Numbered from the stretch's first letter, positions 45,345 through 55,819 are shown. The stretch is 64,000 nucleotides of DNA from Eledone cirrhosa (GCA_964016885.1 CAXHJY010001441.1:234150-298149), one strand, 5' to 3'. The notes: generated from the letters alone by a model not told the origin. Program-made: numbers and translations.

Positions 45345-46102
45345 ATGGTGGTAGTGGTATTAATAGTATCGGTGGTCAGCCTCCCGTTACTTATGATGGT
45401 GATGGTGATGGTAAAGATGGTGCTGGTGATGGTGGTGATGGTGGTGATGGTGATGTTGGTGGTGGTTATGGTGGTGATGATAATGGTGATGGTGGTGATG
45501 ATGGTGGTGGATGTGGTGATGGTGGTGGTGATGGTGGTGTTGATGATGGTGGTGATGGTGATGGTGATGGTGGTGGTGGGGATGATGGTGGTGGAGATGG
45601 TGGTTTTGATGATGGTGTTGATGGTGATGGTGATGGTGGTGGTGGGGATGATGGTGGTGGAGATGGTGGTTTTGATGATGGTGTTGATGGTGATGGTGAT
45701 GGTGGTGGTGGGGATGATGGTGATGGTGTTGGTGGTGGTGATCGTGGTTGTGATGATGGTGGTGACGGTGATGATGGTGGTGGTGATTATGGTGATGGTG
45801 ATGGTAGTGAAGGTGGTGGTGATGGTGGTGATGATGGTGGTGATGGTGGTGATGGTGATGGTGATTATGGTGATGGTGATTATGGTGATGGTGATGGTGG
45901 AGATGGCAATGGTGATGATATTGAAGCTGTTGGTAATGGTGATGGTGATGGGGATGATGGTGAAGGTGGTGATGGTGATGGTCATGCTGATGATGAAGAA
46001 GGTGGTGATGGTGATGGCGATGATGGTGATGGTGAGGGTGATGATGATGGTGATGATGCTGGTGGTTGTGATGGTGGGGATGCTGATGAAGGGGATGATG
46101 GT
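45345..46102. repeat. Imperfect (GGT/GAT)n trinucleotide microsatellite
   Basis: Direct reading; it explains the Gly/Asp, Val/Met, His and Thr/Ile-rich ORFs in several frames. Confidence 0.95.
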
Positions 46103-46597
46103 CGCATCGAACCACAGACTATGTAGCACCTCCTGATATGGCCCCTGCTTCATCACCCCTACACAGCATTAGACGTGGCAGATTTTAATGAGAAAGGACA
46201 GTAATGCGTGCAGCTGTGGCAGAACCGCATCTAGCCAAGCTTGTAACTGACACACTTGTGGGCACGACAAGAAGAATCTGGTTGAAATTCGAAACCTTAG
46301 GTAGCGTGCATTTGTATTGAGATCTTATTTTGGGCTCTGTACTTTACATAGAGAGGTCTTTTTTCTTTAATTCAACTTCTTCGGAAATTCTTGACACAAT
46401 GTATAAATATATACACGCACACACACGCACACACACGCACACACACACACACACACACATACACACAAACTCACACACATACACACACACATACACATAT
46501 ATATATATATACATATATACATACATATATACATACATACGTATGATGATGGCTGCCCCCTCGTTATCGAGTATGACCATTGCACGATATACCATTC

Positions 46598-46783
46598 GGT
46601 AGATTGGCAGTATCGGTAGAGGGTCGGACGCCATGCTTTCCAGCATAGTTACGTCCCTTTACCATCTGAGTTCAAATCCCGCCGAGGTTGACTTTGCCTT
46701 TCATCCTTATGGGGTCGATAAAATAAAGTACCAGTAATGCACTGGTAATTGCTGGCCTTGTGCCTAAAGTAGAAACAATTATT
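46598..46783 (+). mobile_element. tRNA-derived SINE, copy 2
   Basis: Aligns along its length with 44903-45091 (GAGTTCAAATCC B box, GGGGTCGATAAAATAAAGTACCAG). Confidence 0.85.
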
Positions 46784-46800
46784 ACCAACTAATTCTATCG

Positions 46801-47352
46801 TGCAATCCCTGTGCATGAAGATATTTTTTAAAGTGAGGAAAGACTGTGCACTGAGCCAATCCCACTCTCTGAGACACAGTAGCTATAACCCGAAAAGAAG
46901 AAAAGATCAACATCATCGGTAACTACTGAGCCGCAGGTTTATATCGGAGTTATCCTAGTTTCCTGAGTTGACTGTCTCATGATCGGGTCGTCTGCGACTA
47001 AACCGGCAACCCCACTAAGCTTGCTTGGTGAGGAGGGTGATATTTGGACACCCTGAGGGGATGAAATACAATACCCGGCAAAGGGCGGAGGAAGTCAACA
47101 GAGTCAACGGCCATCCAAATAGTACTTCTTTTTTTCCACCTGCGAGTGAAAAGCCCCCTGTCGTTATCACCTTTCTAGGAGAGGGAGACTATAAAAAAAA
47201 AAAAAAAAATACAAAAAACTTTGGCTTCGAAACCATCCGATGATATTGACCAGTTCTCTTTTTCAGGTAGTGTTTGCAATGCTCAGAGAGTGGGATTGGT
47301 CGAGTGCAAAGCTTTTCCCCACTTAAAAGTCTTTCAAAGCATAGACATTGCT
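46801..47352. mobile_element. Diverged inverted-repeat (MITE/fold-back-like) element with ~120-bp arms
   Basis: 46801-46920 (..CCAATCCCACTCTCTGAG..GATCAACATCATCGG) is the diverged reverse complement of 47237-47352 (CCGATGATATTGACC..CTCAGAGAGTGGGATTGG..). Confidence 0.65.
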
Positions 47353-47715
47353 TGTTCAGGATATGTTACAGGTTTGTGTGACTGGCTGTAGCCTAAAAGT
47401 GCACTATTTTTTGTAATCTGACAAGCAATTGCAATACTCTCAGGAGAGTTTGAAACCATCATGTATGTAAGTATGTATGTGAGATACTGGCGTTCATGAG
47501 AATGAGTACTCAATACCGAAGTAGAGTTTAAATATTCTTTACCATGTCTAATTGGTGAGAAATATTACTCAGAATTTGCACCTGTACTCTCAGAGGATAA
47601 TGAGATAAGTCTTGTCGGATGTGATCGTGGTGTAGGTGAGGCTGGTGGTCATCGTTGCAGAGAACATTGTTCCGTCAAATGTTTTCCTTTTACTTTCGCT
47701 TTGTGGTAATATATA

Positions 47716-47883
47716 TATATGTGTGTGCGTGTGTGTGTGTCTGTATGTATGTGTGTGTGTGTGTGTGTGTGTGTCTGTGGGATGTGTGTGCGAGTATGGG
47801 TATATTGGCTGTATATATATATATGCGTGTGTGTGTATGTGTGTGGTATATGTGCATATATACACGTACACACACGCACGCAC

Positions 47884-47932
<49 letters not shown>

Positions 47933-47987
47933 GCCAACACACCCATACTCGAACACACACTCACACGCACTCACACACAAACACACA

Positions 47988-48059
<72 letters not shown>
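47716..48059. repeat. Fold-back microsatellite block, (TG)n..(CA)n with unique inverted cores
   Basis: CGAGTATGGGTATATTGGCT (47791-47810) mirrors AGCCAACACACCCATACTCG (47932-47951); TG runs lie on the left and CA runs on the right. Confidence 0.75.
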
Positions 48060-48061
<2 letters not shown>

Positions 48062-48247
48062 ACATCAGATACCTATCTTTATTTGAATTTGAATAGAATA
48101 CGAAATTGCTATTTAAATCCGATTAATTGTCTATTAAAACAATTGAATCCTGTCCTTTTCAGCTCTGTTTCCACCACTACTACCACCACCATCATCACCA
48201 CGACCATCACCATCACCCAAATTACACACACACAGACACACACACAC

Positions 48248-48286
<39 letters not shown>

Positions 48287-48465
48287 ATAATAATAAATGT
48301 GAAGACTAAAATCCAAAGAGGGCTCGATAAGGATAAATATATATCAAATATATATATTTATATATATATGTATCGTGAACCGACAATTCCGCGCAAGACA
48401 ACTCAGCGCATGACAATTTAGCGCAACGACAATTCAGCGCAAGGACAATGCAAAACGATATATAA

Positions 48466-48574
<109 letters not shown>

Positions 48575-48725
48575 ACACGGGTGTGTATGATTGTGTATAG
48601 AAGATTATATTAATAAAAGGAATTCCAACTTTGTCTGATTTACTCGTTTTATTTACAATCGTTTAAAATTTATAATGGTATTATAATGAAATAGTATGGT
48701 AGAATATTAAATGTTAAATGTTAAT

Positions 48726-48764
48726 TGAACAAGTACTTTCATGCTTTCGCAATCTTCAGGTTCA
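48726..48764 (-). ncRNA. Minimal type I hammerhead ribozyme (family A)
   Basis: Minus strand UGAAC-CUGAAGA-u UGC gaaa GCA u-GAA-AGUACU-U-GUUCA: 5-bp stem I, intact core, palindromic stem III. Confidence 0.75.
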
Positions 48765-48836
48765 TATTCTGTAGTGACAGTCAAGTTTGCAATTTTCACA
48801 GTTGAAAATTGCAAACTTGACTGTCACCACACATTA

Positions 48837-48875
48837 TGAACCTGAAGATTGCGAAAGCATGAAAGTACTTGTTCA
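48837..48875 (+). ncRNA. Minimal type I hammerhead ribozyme (family A)
   Basis: TGAAC CTGAAGA TTGCGAAAGCAT GAA AGTACT T GTTCA; mirror image of 48726-48764. Confidence 0.75.
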
Positions 48876-49264
48876 ATTAACACTTAACATTTAATATTCT
48901 ACCATACTATTTCATTATAATACCATTATAAATTTAAAGGATTGTAAATAAAACGAGTAAATCAGACAAAGTTGGAATTCCTTTTATTAATATATATATA
49001 TATACACACACACACATTGCTATCTTAACTCACTACTACCACCAACCGCTTTCAACACTCCCCAATTCCTACACATATTAAAACCCCACCCACAAACACA
49101 CCAAATCCATTTATATAGAACACCACATAGCACATACAAATCAGTTTGAAGACCGCGATTCAGCGAGAAAGTTCTTCACACACACACATTATTTGTGGTA
49201 CTTCCTTTTTAGGAATCCAGTTGGTTATAAACATTTACCAAGTTAAGACTAAAAAACGAGCCCT

Positions 49265-50642
49265 ATGGAGCGGATATTATCAGAGAAAGGACGGGAACAC
49301 ATTTTATTAAATGGATTCTGCTATCGTTTAGATACAAAACTTAGAAATGGAAAAGAGTCTTGGCGTTGTACTGAAGACAAATGCAAAGGTCGTATCCATG
49401 TTAATGAAAGTTTATGGGAAGATATTACAACGCATACCCATGTGCCGCAGCCAGCAGTATCAAGGATGAAGCAGATGGTTTCAAACATTTGTGAACGAGC
49501 TGGTGCATCTAATGATGTCCCGAGAAGAATGATCCAAGAGGCTCAAGTCTCTTTGCCAGATGAAGCAACGATTTTACTACCTAAGTATATTTCATTGCAA
49601 CGAAGTATTCAGCGTCGTAGAAAACGAGATGGTGAGTCAATTCCAGCACCTGATAATGTTAGTGATATTGTATTACCTGAACATTTGCGTGTAACACACA
49701 GTGGCGAACCTTTTTTATTGCACGATTCCGGCAGTGACGATACCAAAAGAATGTTGATATTTTCGACTGAAAAAAATCTTGAACACCTTAAAGAATACAA
49801 AAACTGGATTGCAGGCGGTACATTTAAAGTAGCCCCGCGTCTTTTCTACCAACTTTATGTTATTCATATGCTTTGTGAAGGACGTGTTTTTCCAGTGATA
49901 TATATACTATTGCAAAATAAAACAGAGGAATCATATGAGAGAGCATTAAGGACTATTTTGAATTTATACCCGGATCTGAAGCCAGATACTATGCTCTGCG
50001 ATTTTGAAAAGGCATTCCAAAATGCATTTACAACTGTTTTTGAAAGCACGCAAATAAGTGGTTGCTTTTTTCACCTCGCTCAGAGCGTATGGAGTAAAAT
50101 CCAATATTTAAATCTTACTCAGCTTTATATAAGGGAGGAACATATTCGTGGATACTGTAAGATGTTAGTAGCTTTAGCTTTTGTGACAGTTGACGATATT
50201 TGTGGAGTATTTGAATCTTTGCAAGATGTTATGCCTCAGGAATTGGAAGAATTAAAAATTATTTCGAAGATACATGGATTGGCCGCCCCTTCCGGCGTCG
50301 TAGAAGGGATGCCATTTTTATACCCGAATTCTGGAGTATTTTTGATCGTGTTTGAGGAGACCTAACAAGGACCAACAATTCTTTAGAAGGGTGGCACCGA
50401 AGTCTCCAATTATCATTGGGTCATAACCACCCAACCATTTATAAGCTTGTAGAGTTTCTCAAACTAGAACAAGATATTGCAGAGAAAAAGATATTAAGAA
50501 CCAGAGCTGGACACAAGGATGTCTCCAAACAAGCAAAATATCAAAGGACTCATAAAGCGATAACGACGTTAGTGACGGAAATCGAGCCGATAAGTTGGAG
50601 TACTTGCGCACTCTAAGTTACCAAATTGAACTACAGAAGTAA
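49265..50642 (+). pseudogene. FLYWCH zinc finger + MULE DDE transposase, disrupted
   Basis: N-terminal GFCY..WRC..CKGRI..HTH (FLYWCH); GTFK..FYQLY, CDFEKA, GCFFHLAQ motifs. After a frameshift near 50255 another frame reads YFEDTWIG..W..*..RTNNSLEGWH..HPTIYKLVEFLK. The first catalytic D of DGTF reads G (WIAGGTFK); in-frame TGA near 50353. Confidence 0.92.
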
Positions 50643-50802
50643 ATTAAAATATTTTTGGGGTATTCATATTTCTATAAATATATCTTATTTTAGTATGCTA
50701 TTTCAATAAATCTTTTATTTTAATTATTGTCTGTCAATAAAATGTTTAAACTGAAAATCTGATTTCGTTATTCCTTTTCTTCAATTGTCCTTGTATTTGC
50801 TT

Positions 50803-51482
50803 CCTTGCGCTAAATTTTCATGCGCTGAATTGTCATGCGCTGAATTGTCATGCGCTGAATTGTCATGCGCTGAATTGTCATGCGCTGAATTGTCATGCGC
50901 TGAATTGTCATGCGCTGAATTGTCATGCGCTGAATTGTCATGCGCTGAATTGTCATGCGCTGAATTGTCATGCGCTGAATTGTCATGCGCTGAATTGTCT
51001 TTGCGCTGAATTGTCATGCGCTGAATTGTCATGCGCTGAATTGACTTTGCGCTGAATTGACTTTGCGCTGAATTGTCATGCGCTGAATTGTCGGCGCTGA
51101 ATTGTCATGCGCTGAATTGTCGGCGCTGAATTGTCATGCGCTGAATTGTCATGCGCTGAATTGTCATGCGCTGAATTGTCATGCGCTGAATTGTCATGCG
51201 CTGAATTGTCATGCGCTGAATTGTCTTTGCGCTGAATTGTCATGCGCTGAATTGTCATGCGCTGAATTGACTTTGCGCTGAATTGACTTTGCGCTGAATT
51301 GTCATGCGCTGAATTGTCGGCGCTGAATTGTCATGCGCTGAATTGTCGGCGCTGAATTGTCATGCGCTGAATTGTCTTTGCGCTGAATTGTCATGCGCTG
51401 AATTGTCGGCGCTGAATTGTCATGCGCTGAATTGTCGGCGCTGAATTGTCATGCGCTGAATTGTCGGCGCTGAATTGTCGGT
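50803..51482. repeat. 15-bp tandem array (TGCGCTGAATTGTCA)n forming the right subterminal repeat of the MULE
   Basis: About 45 units including 14-bp and substitution variants; reverse complement of the units at 48381-48448. Confidence 0.95.
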
Positions 51483-51636
51483 GTGCCATGTATATATTTG
51501 TTGAGCTATTTCAAATGTCGAGTAAGCCTGGCTGCTATTTTTAGTGGTGTGGGTTTGCGAGACTCGGTAGGATGCCGTGCGCGCTGTTTTATTTTTTTAT
51601 ATATAGCATACATAGATGTGTCTAGGACACTAATTT

Positions 51637-51711
51637 ATCACCAACTGATGAGCTTGGATTAGTATTTCTATTCACAATTAACTTTGCGAAACAACAAGTT
51701 GTCTGGGTGAT
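51637..51711 (+). ncRNA. Type I hammerhead ribozyme
   Basis: ATCACCAA-CTGATGA-GC..GC-GAA-ACAAC aa GTTGT-C-TGGGTGAT: stem I 7/8 pairs, stem III 5 bp, GUC triplet; stem II weak beyond 2 bp. Confidence 0.7.
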
Positions 51712-51958
51712 TGATAGTTACCACAATTCCGGTTTGTATGTATTTTCTTAATTTTTTCTTAAATTGAGACAAGTGAACCCTATTGTCTATAGTTAGTATT
51801 CTTTTCATCTTAGCGAATCGGGTCCCTTGCGATTTGAACACATATATGTATATATCTGTGTTCACTTTTCTTTTATATTCTATTATAATATACGACTCAG
51901 AAATATCTCTTTCTTAGAGCTATTTTGTTGTAAGAGACTATTTTGAGTTCCTAACTCA

Positions 51959-52099
<141 letters not shown>

Positions 52100-52129
52100 T
52101 ATGTATATATATATATACATATATATAAG

Positions 52130-52285
52130 CAAAGAACCGTTAAGATCTCCTTCCTGGATATGTCAATATTTATAAAACAAACTTTGTATTTTATCTAATG
52201 AGATATATATAATAGAAATGAAATATATATAATAGAATAAATATGGTTTTATAAATATAGTTTCCATTTATTTAATATCATTGTA
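52130..52285 (+). mobile_element. Family B pLTR-like fragment with decayed HHR (52187-52239)
   Basis: Matches the right arm of 53046-53389; core reads CTAATGA and stem II is lost. Confidence 0.65.
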
Positions 52286-52361
52286 TATATATATATACAT
52301 ATGTATATATATTTGTTTTGCAAGGTTTTGATACTAAATCGTGTGTCGAAACAAATATTGT

Positions 52362-52634
52362 TATACTTGGGGAGGGTCATATTGTTGTAATAATATTGCC
52401 AGAAATAATAACAGAACACACTCACTGTTTGGTTGGTTTTCGTTTCTGTATTTCTCCATAATTAATTCATTTGGCAATGTTTATCATTGTTAGACCGACG
52501 GTTAAAAATACAGATATAAGTATATATATATATCGTCTATCAAAGTTCTTTCGTTGCACATCTGCAACATCATCAGTGGTACTATTATGTTTCCTCCCAC
52601 TGTATTGTATTATAATGTCTACGCCATTTTTATT

Positions 52635-52677
<43 letters not shown>

Positions 52678-53002
52678 TTCTTGTTTCCGTCTCTGCGCAT
52701 GCGTTTGCGTGTGTGCATAATGTTTGGTCTGTGTGTTCGCGTTTGAGTGTATGTGTTTTGATTTTTGTATTCTATCTTTGTTTACTAATGTGTGTTTATA
52801 TGTGTTTGTTGTTATTGTATTTGTGTATATATTTATTTATCTGTATTTTTAACCGTTGGTCAGTCAAGGATAAACATTGATTACCAAATAAATAAACTAT
52901 GGAGATATAAATGATACAGACACGAAAACTAACCAAACAGTGACTGTATTCTGTTATTATTCCTGGCAATATTATTGCAACAATATGACCTTCCCCAGGT
53001 GT
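52362..53002. mobile_element. Inverted-repeat element with ~170-bp diverged arms
   Basis: ATACTTGGGGAGGGTCATATTGTTG..CAGATA (52363-52530) vs TATCTGTATTTTTAACCG..CAACAATATGACCTTCCCCAGGTGT (52825-53002); TA microsatellites nearby. Confidence 0.75.
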
Positions 53003-53003
53003 G

Positions 53004-53045
<42 letters not shown>

Positions 53046-53051
<6 letters not shown>

Positions 53052-53383
53052 ATGATATTAAATAAATCGAAACTATATTTATAAAATCATATTTATTTTA
53101 TTATATATATTTCAAGGGTACCAACACTTTGGTACGCTCTCTTCAAATAAAATACAAAGTTTGTTTTATAAATATTGACATAACCAGGAATAGGATCTTA
53201 ACGGTCCAAGTTATTCCTGGATAACTTGGACCGTTAAGATCCTATTCCTGGTTATGTCAATATTTATAAAACAAACTTTGTATTTTATTTGAAGAGAGCG
53301 TACCAAAGTGTTAGTACCCTTGAAATATATATAATAAAATAAATATGATTTTATAAATATAGTTTCGATTTATTTAATATCAT

Positions 53384-53389
<6 letters not shown>
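53046..53389. mobile_element. Palindromic HHR-bearing element, family B
   Basis: ~170-bp arms with one visible difference, centre CCAAGTTAT-tcctgg-ATAACTTGG, embedded in (TA)n; HHR-like folds at 53094-53154(-) and 53281-53341(+) have a TTGAAGA (C3U) core. Confidence 0.85.
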
Positions 53390-53432
<43 letters not shown>

Positions 53433-53490
53433 GTACTTTGATAGAAAATAACCATCTCTATAATAGCTTGAGAATAGAATTTATTAATCT

Positions 53491-53685
53491 ACAAGGGTGG
53501 GCTAAAAACTTCATAAGCTGACTATGAAAGATATTGATACTAGAACTGTGAAATCTTGCATCCAATATCTTGAACTCTTTTTATTAGTAACTGCATTATT
53601 TTTTTCCAGGGACTATGTAGAAAAATATACCCCATGTAGTCATTCCATGAGAGAATCTTGTCAGCCTATGAACTCTTCAACCGGT
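53491..53685 (+). mobile_element. Internally deleted mariner-like element
   Basis: TA-CAAGGGTGGGCTAAAAACTTCATAAGCTGAC vs GTCAGCCTATGAACTCTTCAACC as TIRs; GGGACTATGTAGAAAAA resembles the GDYVEK mariner C-terminus. Confidence 0.6.
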
Positions 53686-53976
53686 AACAGAATATTTGAT
53701 AACACTTATATTTCTTTGTTTTACAGGAAAAGGAAATATTTTTGTTGGACTAATGTAAAAGATAATATTTAGTACATTTCTGTGCATGTTCGCTTTTATC
53801 CTTTACCAATATATATGAGATTCTGGTTTTGCTTGATTAACAAGTCCGATAGAGCAGATTGGGACTGGAATAGGGTATATAGCAGCAATCGTTAATATGG
53901 ATTCTGAGCTACCCATCTGTGAAACGATCGTAACTGAACCTAATCAATAAAAACTACTATGTGAAACCTCGCTTCG

Positions 53977-54040
<64 letters not shown>

Positions 54041-54109
54041 TATGAAGAGAGAAGAAACATTTAGATATAATTAGTAATAAAATGTATCATACCCAAACTG
54101 CTCCTAAAT

Positions 54110-54197
54110 TCCTCGACTACGTAGTTTCGTGGCATAAACAAAAACAATATATCAAAGATATAGAGTCCTTGCGAGGTCTGCCAACTTATCAAGAGGA
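54110..54197 (-). ncRNA. Type I hammerhead ribozyme, U3-A8 core variant
   Basis: Minus strand UCCUC-UUGAUAA-G(u)UGGCA..UGCCAC-GAA-ACUACGUAGU-C-GAGGA; predicted cut after GUC between 54115 and 54114. Confidence 0.72.
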
Positions 54198-54700
54198 TAC
54201 CTCATTTTACTAGTCTCAAGAACGCGTCTACACGACGTGAGAAAGAATCCCAAAAGGCGGAGGGGGAGATAGTCACGCGATATAACGGTCGAGAAACAGA
54301 GCTAAGCCTCTTATAACCACGAAGAAAATACCACGGAGGCGGAGGGGGTATTCATATCGAGGCCGTAGAAGAGGTAGTGAAGAAGGCGAGAAGTATGAGT
54401 AATGGAAGCTTTCCAGTTGTCCCCACACTTCAAAGATTGCTCGACCAGAGGGAGTTATTAATATATTTAGAAACACACAGATACATGCGGACACACACAT
54501 ATATACATGAATGCATCCGCACCCAACTGTGAGTTAAGGGTGCCAACTTCACCGATGTTGCTCAATGAATGACCGGGACAGACCAATTCAGTTTGAACCA
54601 GACTGAACCAGTATCAGAGTTAAAAATACATTATGAAGAGAGAAGAAACATTTAGATATAATTAGTAATAAAATGTATCATACCCAAACTGCTCCTAAAT

Positions 54701-54788
54701 TCCTCGACTACGTAGTTTCGTGGCATAAACAAAAACAATATATCAAAGATATAGAGTCCTTGCGAGGTCTGCCAACTTATCAAGAGGA
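54701..54788 (-). ncRNA. Type I hammerhead ribozyme, U3-A8 core variant (second copy)
   Basis: Same sequence as 54110-54197; predicted cut between 54706 and 54705. Confidence 0.72.
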
Positions 54789-54804
54789 TACCTCATTTTA
54801 CTAG

Positions 54805-54842
<38 letters not shown>

Positions 54843-55142
54843 ATATATATATATTGGTAAACGGAATAGAAAATGCTGACAAATTGTTCACAGTTGAAAA
54901 ATGGTTTAATTAGGAATAAAAGAGTATTAGTGATTGTATGGGTTAGTATTCAGTTGTGGTTTTAAGTTTTTAAGTTTTTACCGGTTGCGCATTTCTAAAT
55001 GCTTTTCAAAAATAATTTTGAGATAGAGTGTCCGTGCTGTTTGCATATATATATATTTAGTTATTTATTAAAATAACAGATTAAAGTGTAAGCAAAGAAT
55101 CTCTTCTGTCACCCTTAACGGGATATATATATATATATAACA

Positions 55143-55347
55143 AAGGAATTGTGGTAAGGAACCAGTGGACCTTACTGCACCAGAGTACTCGATATTTGGG
55201 TAGTAGAGTGGGTAATAGGAAAAGAGTCAGAACCCCGACGGCTGAGCTCAAGCCGTTTCGACAGCTAATTCTGGACTCAACTATTTCTGTCCAGAAATAG
55301 CTGTCGAAACGGCTTGAGTTCTGCCGTCGGGGTTCTAACACTGTTCC

Positions 55348-55350
<3 letters not shown>
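55143..55350. mobile_element. Family C hairpin element (mirrored HHR 3' half)
   Basis: Hairpin 55215-55350; homologous to 62891-63082 and 63443-63515; flanked by TA runs. Confidence 0.75.
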
Positions 55351-55405
<55 letters not shown>

Positions 55406-55435
55406 AGTAGTTCCACAACAGTTAATTCACCATTT

Positions 55436-55476
55436 CCGAGAATAATTGTTTCACCTTATTCGGATCATCAGCTCGG
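55436..55476 (-). ncRNA. Minimal type I hammerhead ribozyme
   Basis: Minus strand CCGAG-CUGAUGA-uCCgaauaaGGu-GAA-ACAAUUAU-U-CUCGG; stem III is one substitution from a palindrome. Confidence 0.65.
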
Positions 55477-55531
55477 TTTAATCTACAATTATATATATAC
55501 AAAATTGTAGTTTTTCGAATTCTTTATATGT

Positions 55532-55577
<46 letters not shown>

Positions 55578-55599
55578 TGTGTATGTGTGTGTGTGTGTG

Positions 55600-55658
<59 letters not shown>

Positions 55659-55819
55659 GTGCGTGTATAAGTATGAGGAATTCGTATGGGAGCTATATTG
55701 ACATACGACGTTTCTAGGGCATTTTTATAACACGGAGAACCTATCCTCTTTCCTTGCCTGAATAGAGCAGATTTATTCAAGAGAAGGAGCATGAGTGAAA
55801 GAACGAGATATAGAGGAAG

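Larger units (their letters stand above)
48578..48994. mobile_element. Palindromic HHR-bearing element, family A copy 1 (Penelope pLTR-like), nested in the MULE
   Basis: ~195-bp near-perfect arms around AATTTTCA-cagt-TGAAAATT (loop 48799-48802); second copy at 62361-62810. Confidence 0.85.
54035..54804 (-). mobile_element. Retrozyme-like / pLTR partial-tandem element: two 179-bp direct repeats, period 591 bp
   Basis: 54035-54213 matches 54626-54804 with no difference seen; 412-bp non-coding spacer; (TA)n on both sides; one HHR per repeat. Confidence 0.8.

Noticed and set aside
46083-46089. CTGATGA core candidate
   Set aside because: It lies inside the GAT/GGT repeat, with no GAAA or stems.
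45302-46156. Gly/Asp-rich or His-rich protein
   Set aside because: Trinucleotide microsatellite open in four frames, with no unique domain.
47590-48421. ORFs or a possible exon near 47590-47700
   Set aside because: Mostly dinucleotide repeats; splice signals are weak and the peptide is not recognisable.
50781-51258. HDNSA / CAELS repeat proteins
   Set aside because: These are translations of the 15-bp transposon terminal array.
54855-55060. Possible HHR on the minus strand (GAAATGCGCA) and family A centre motif TTCACAGTTGAAAA
   Set aside because: No CUGANGA core or stem I found; the match is too short.
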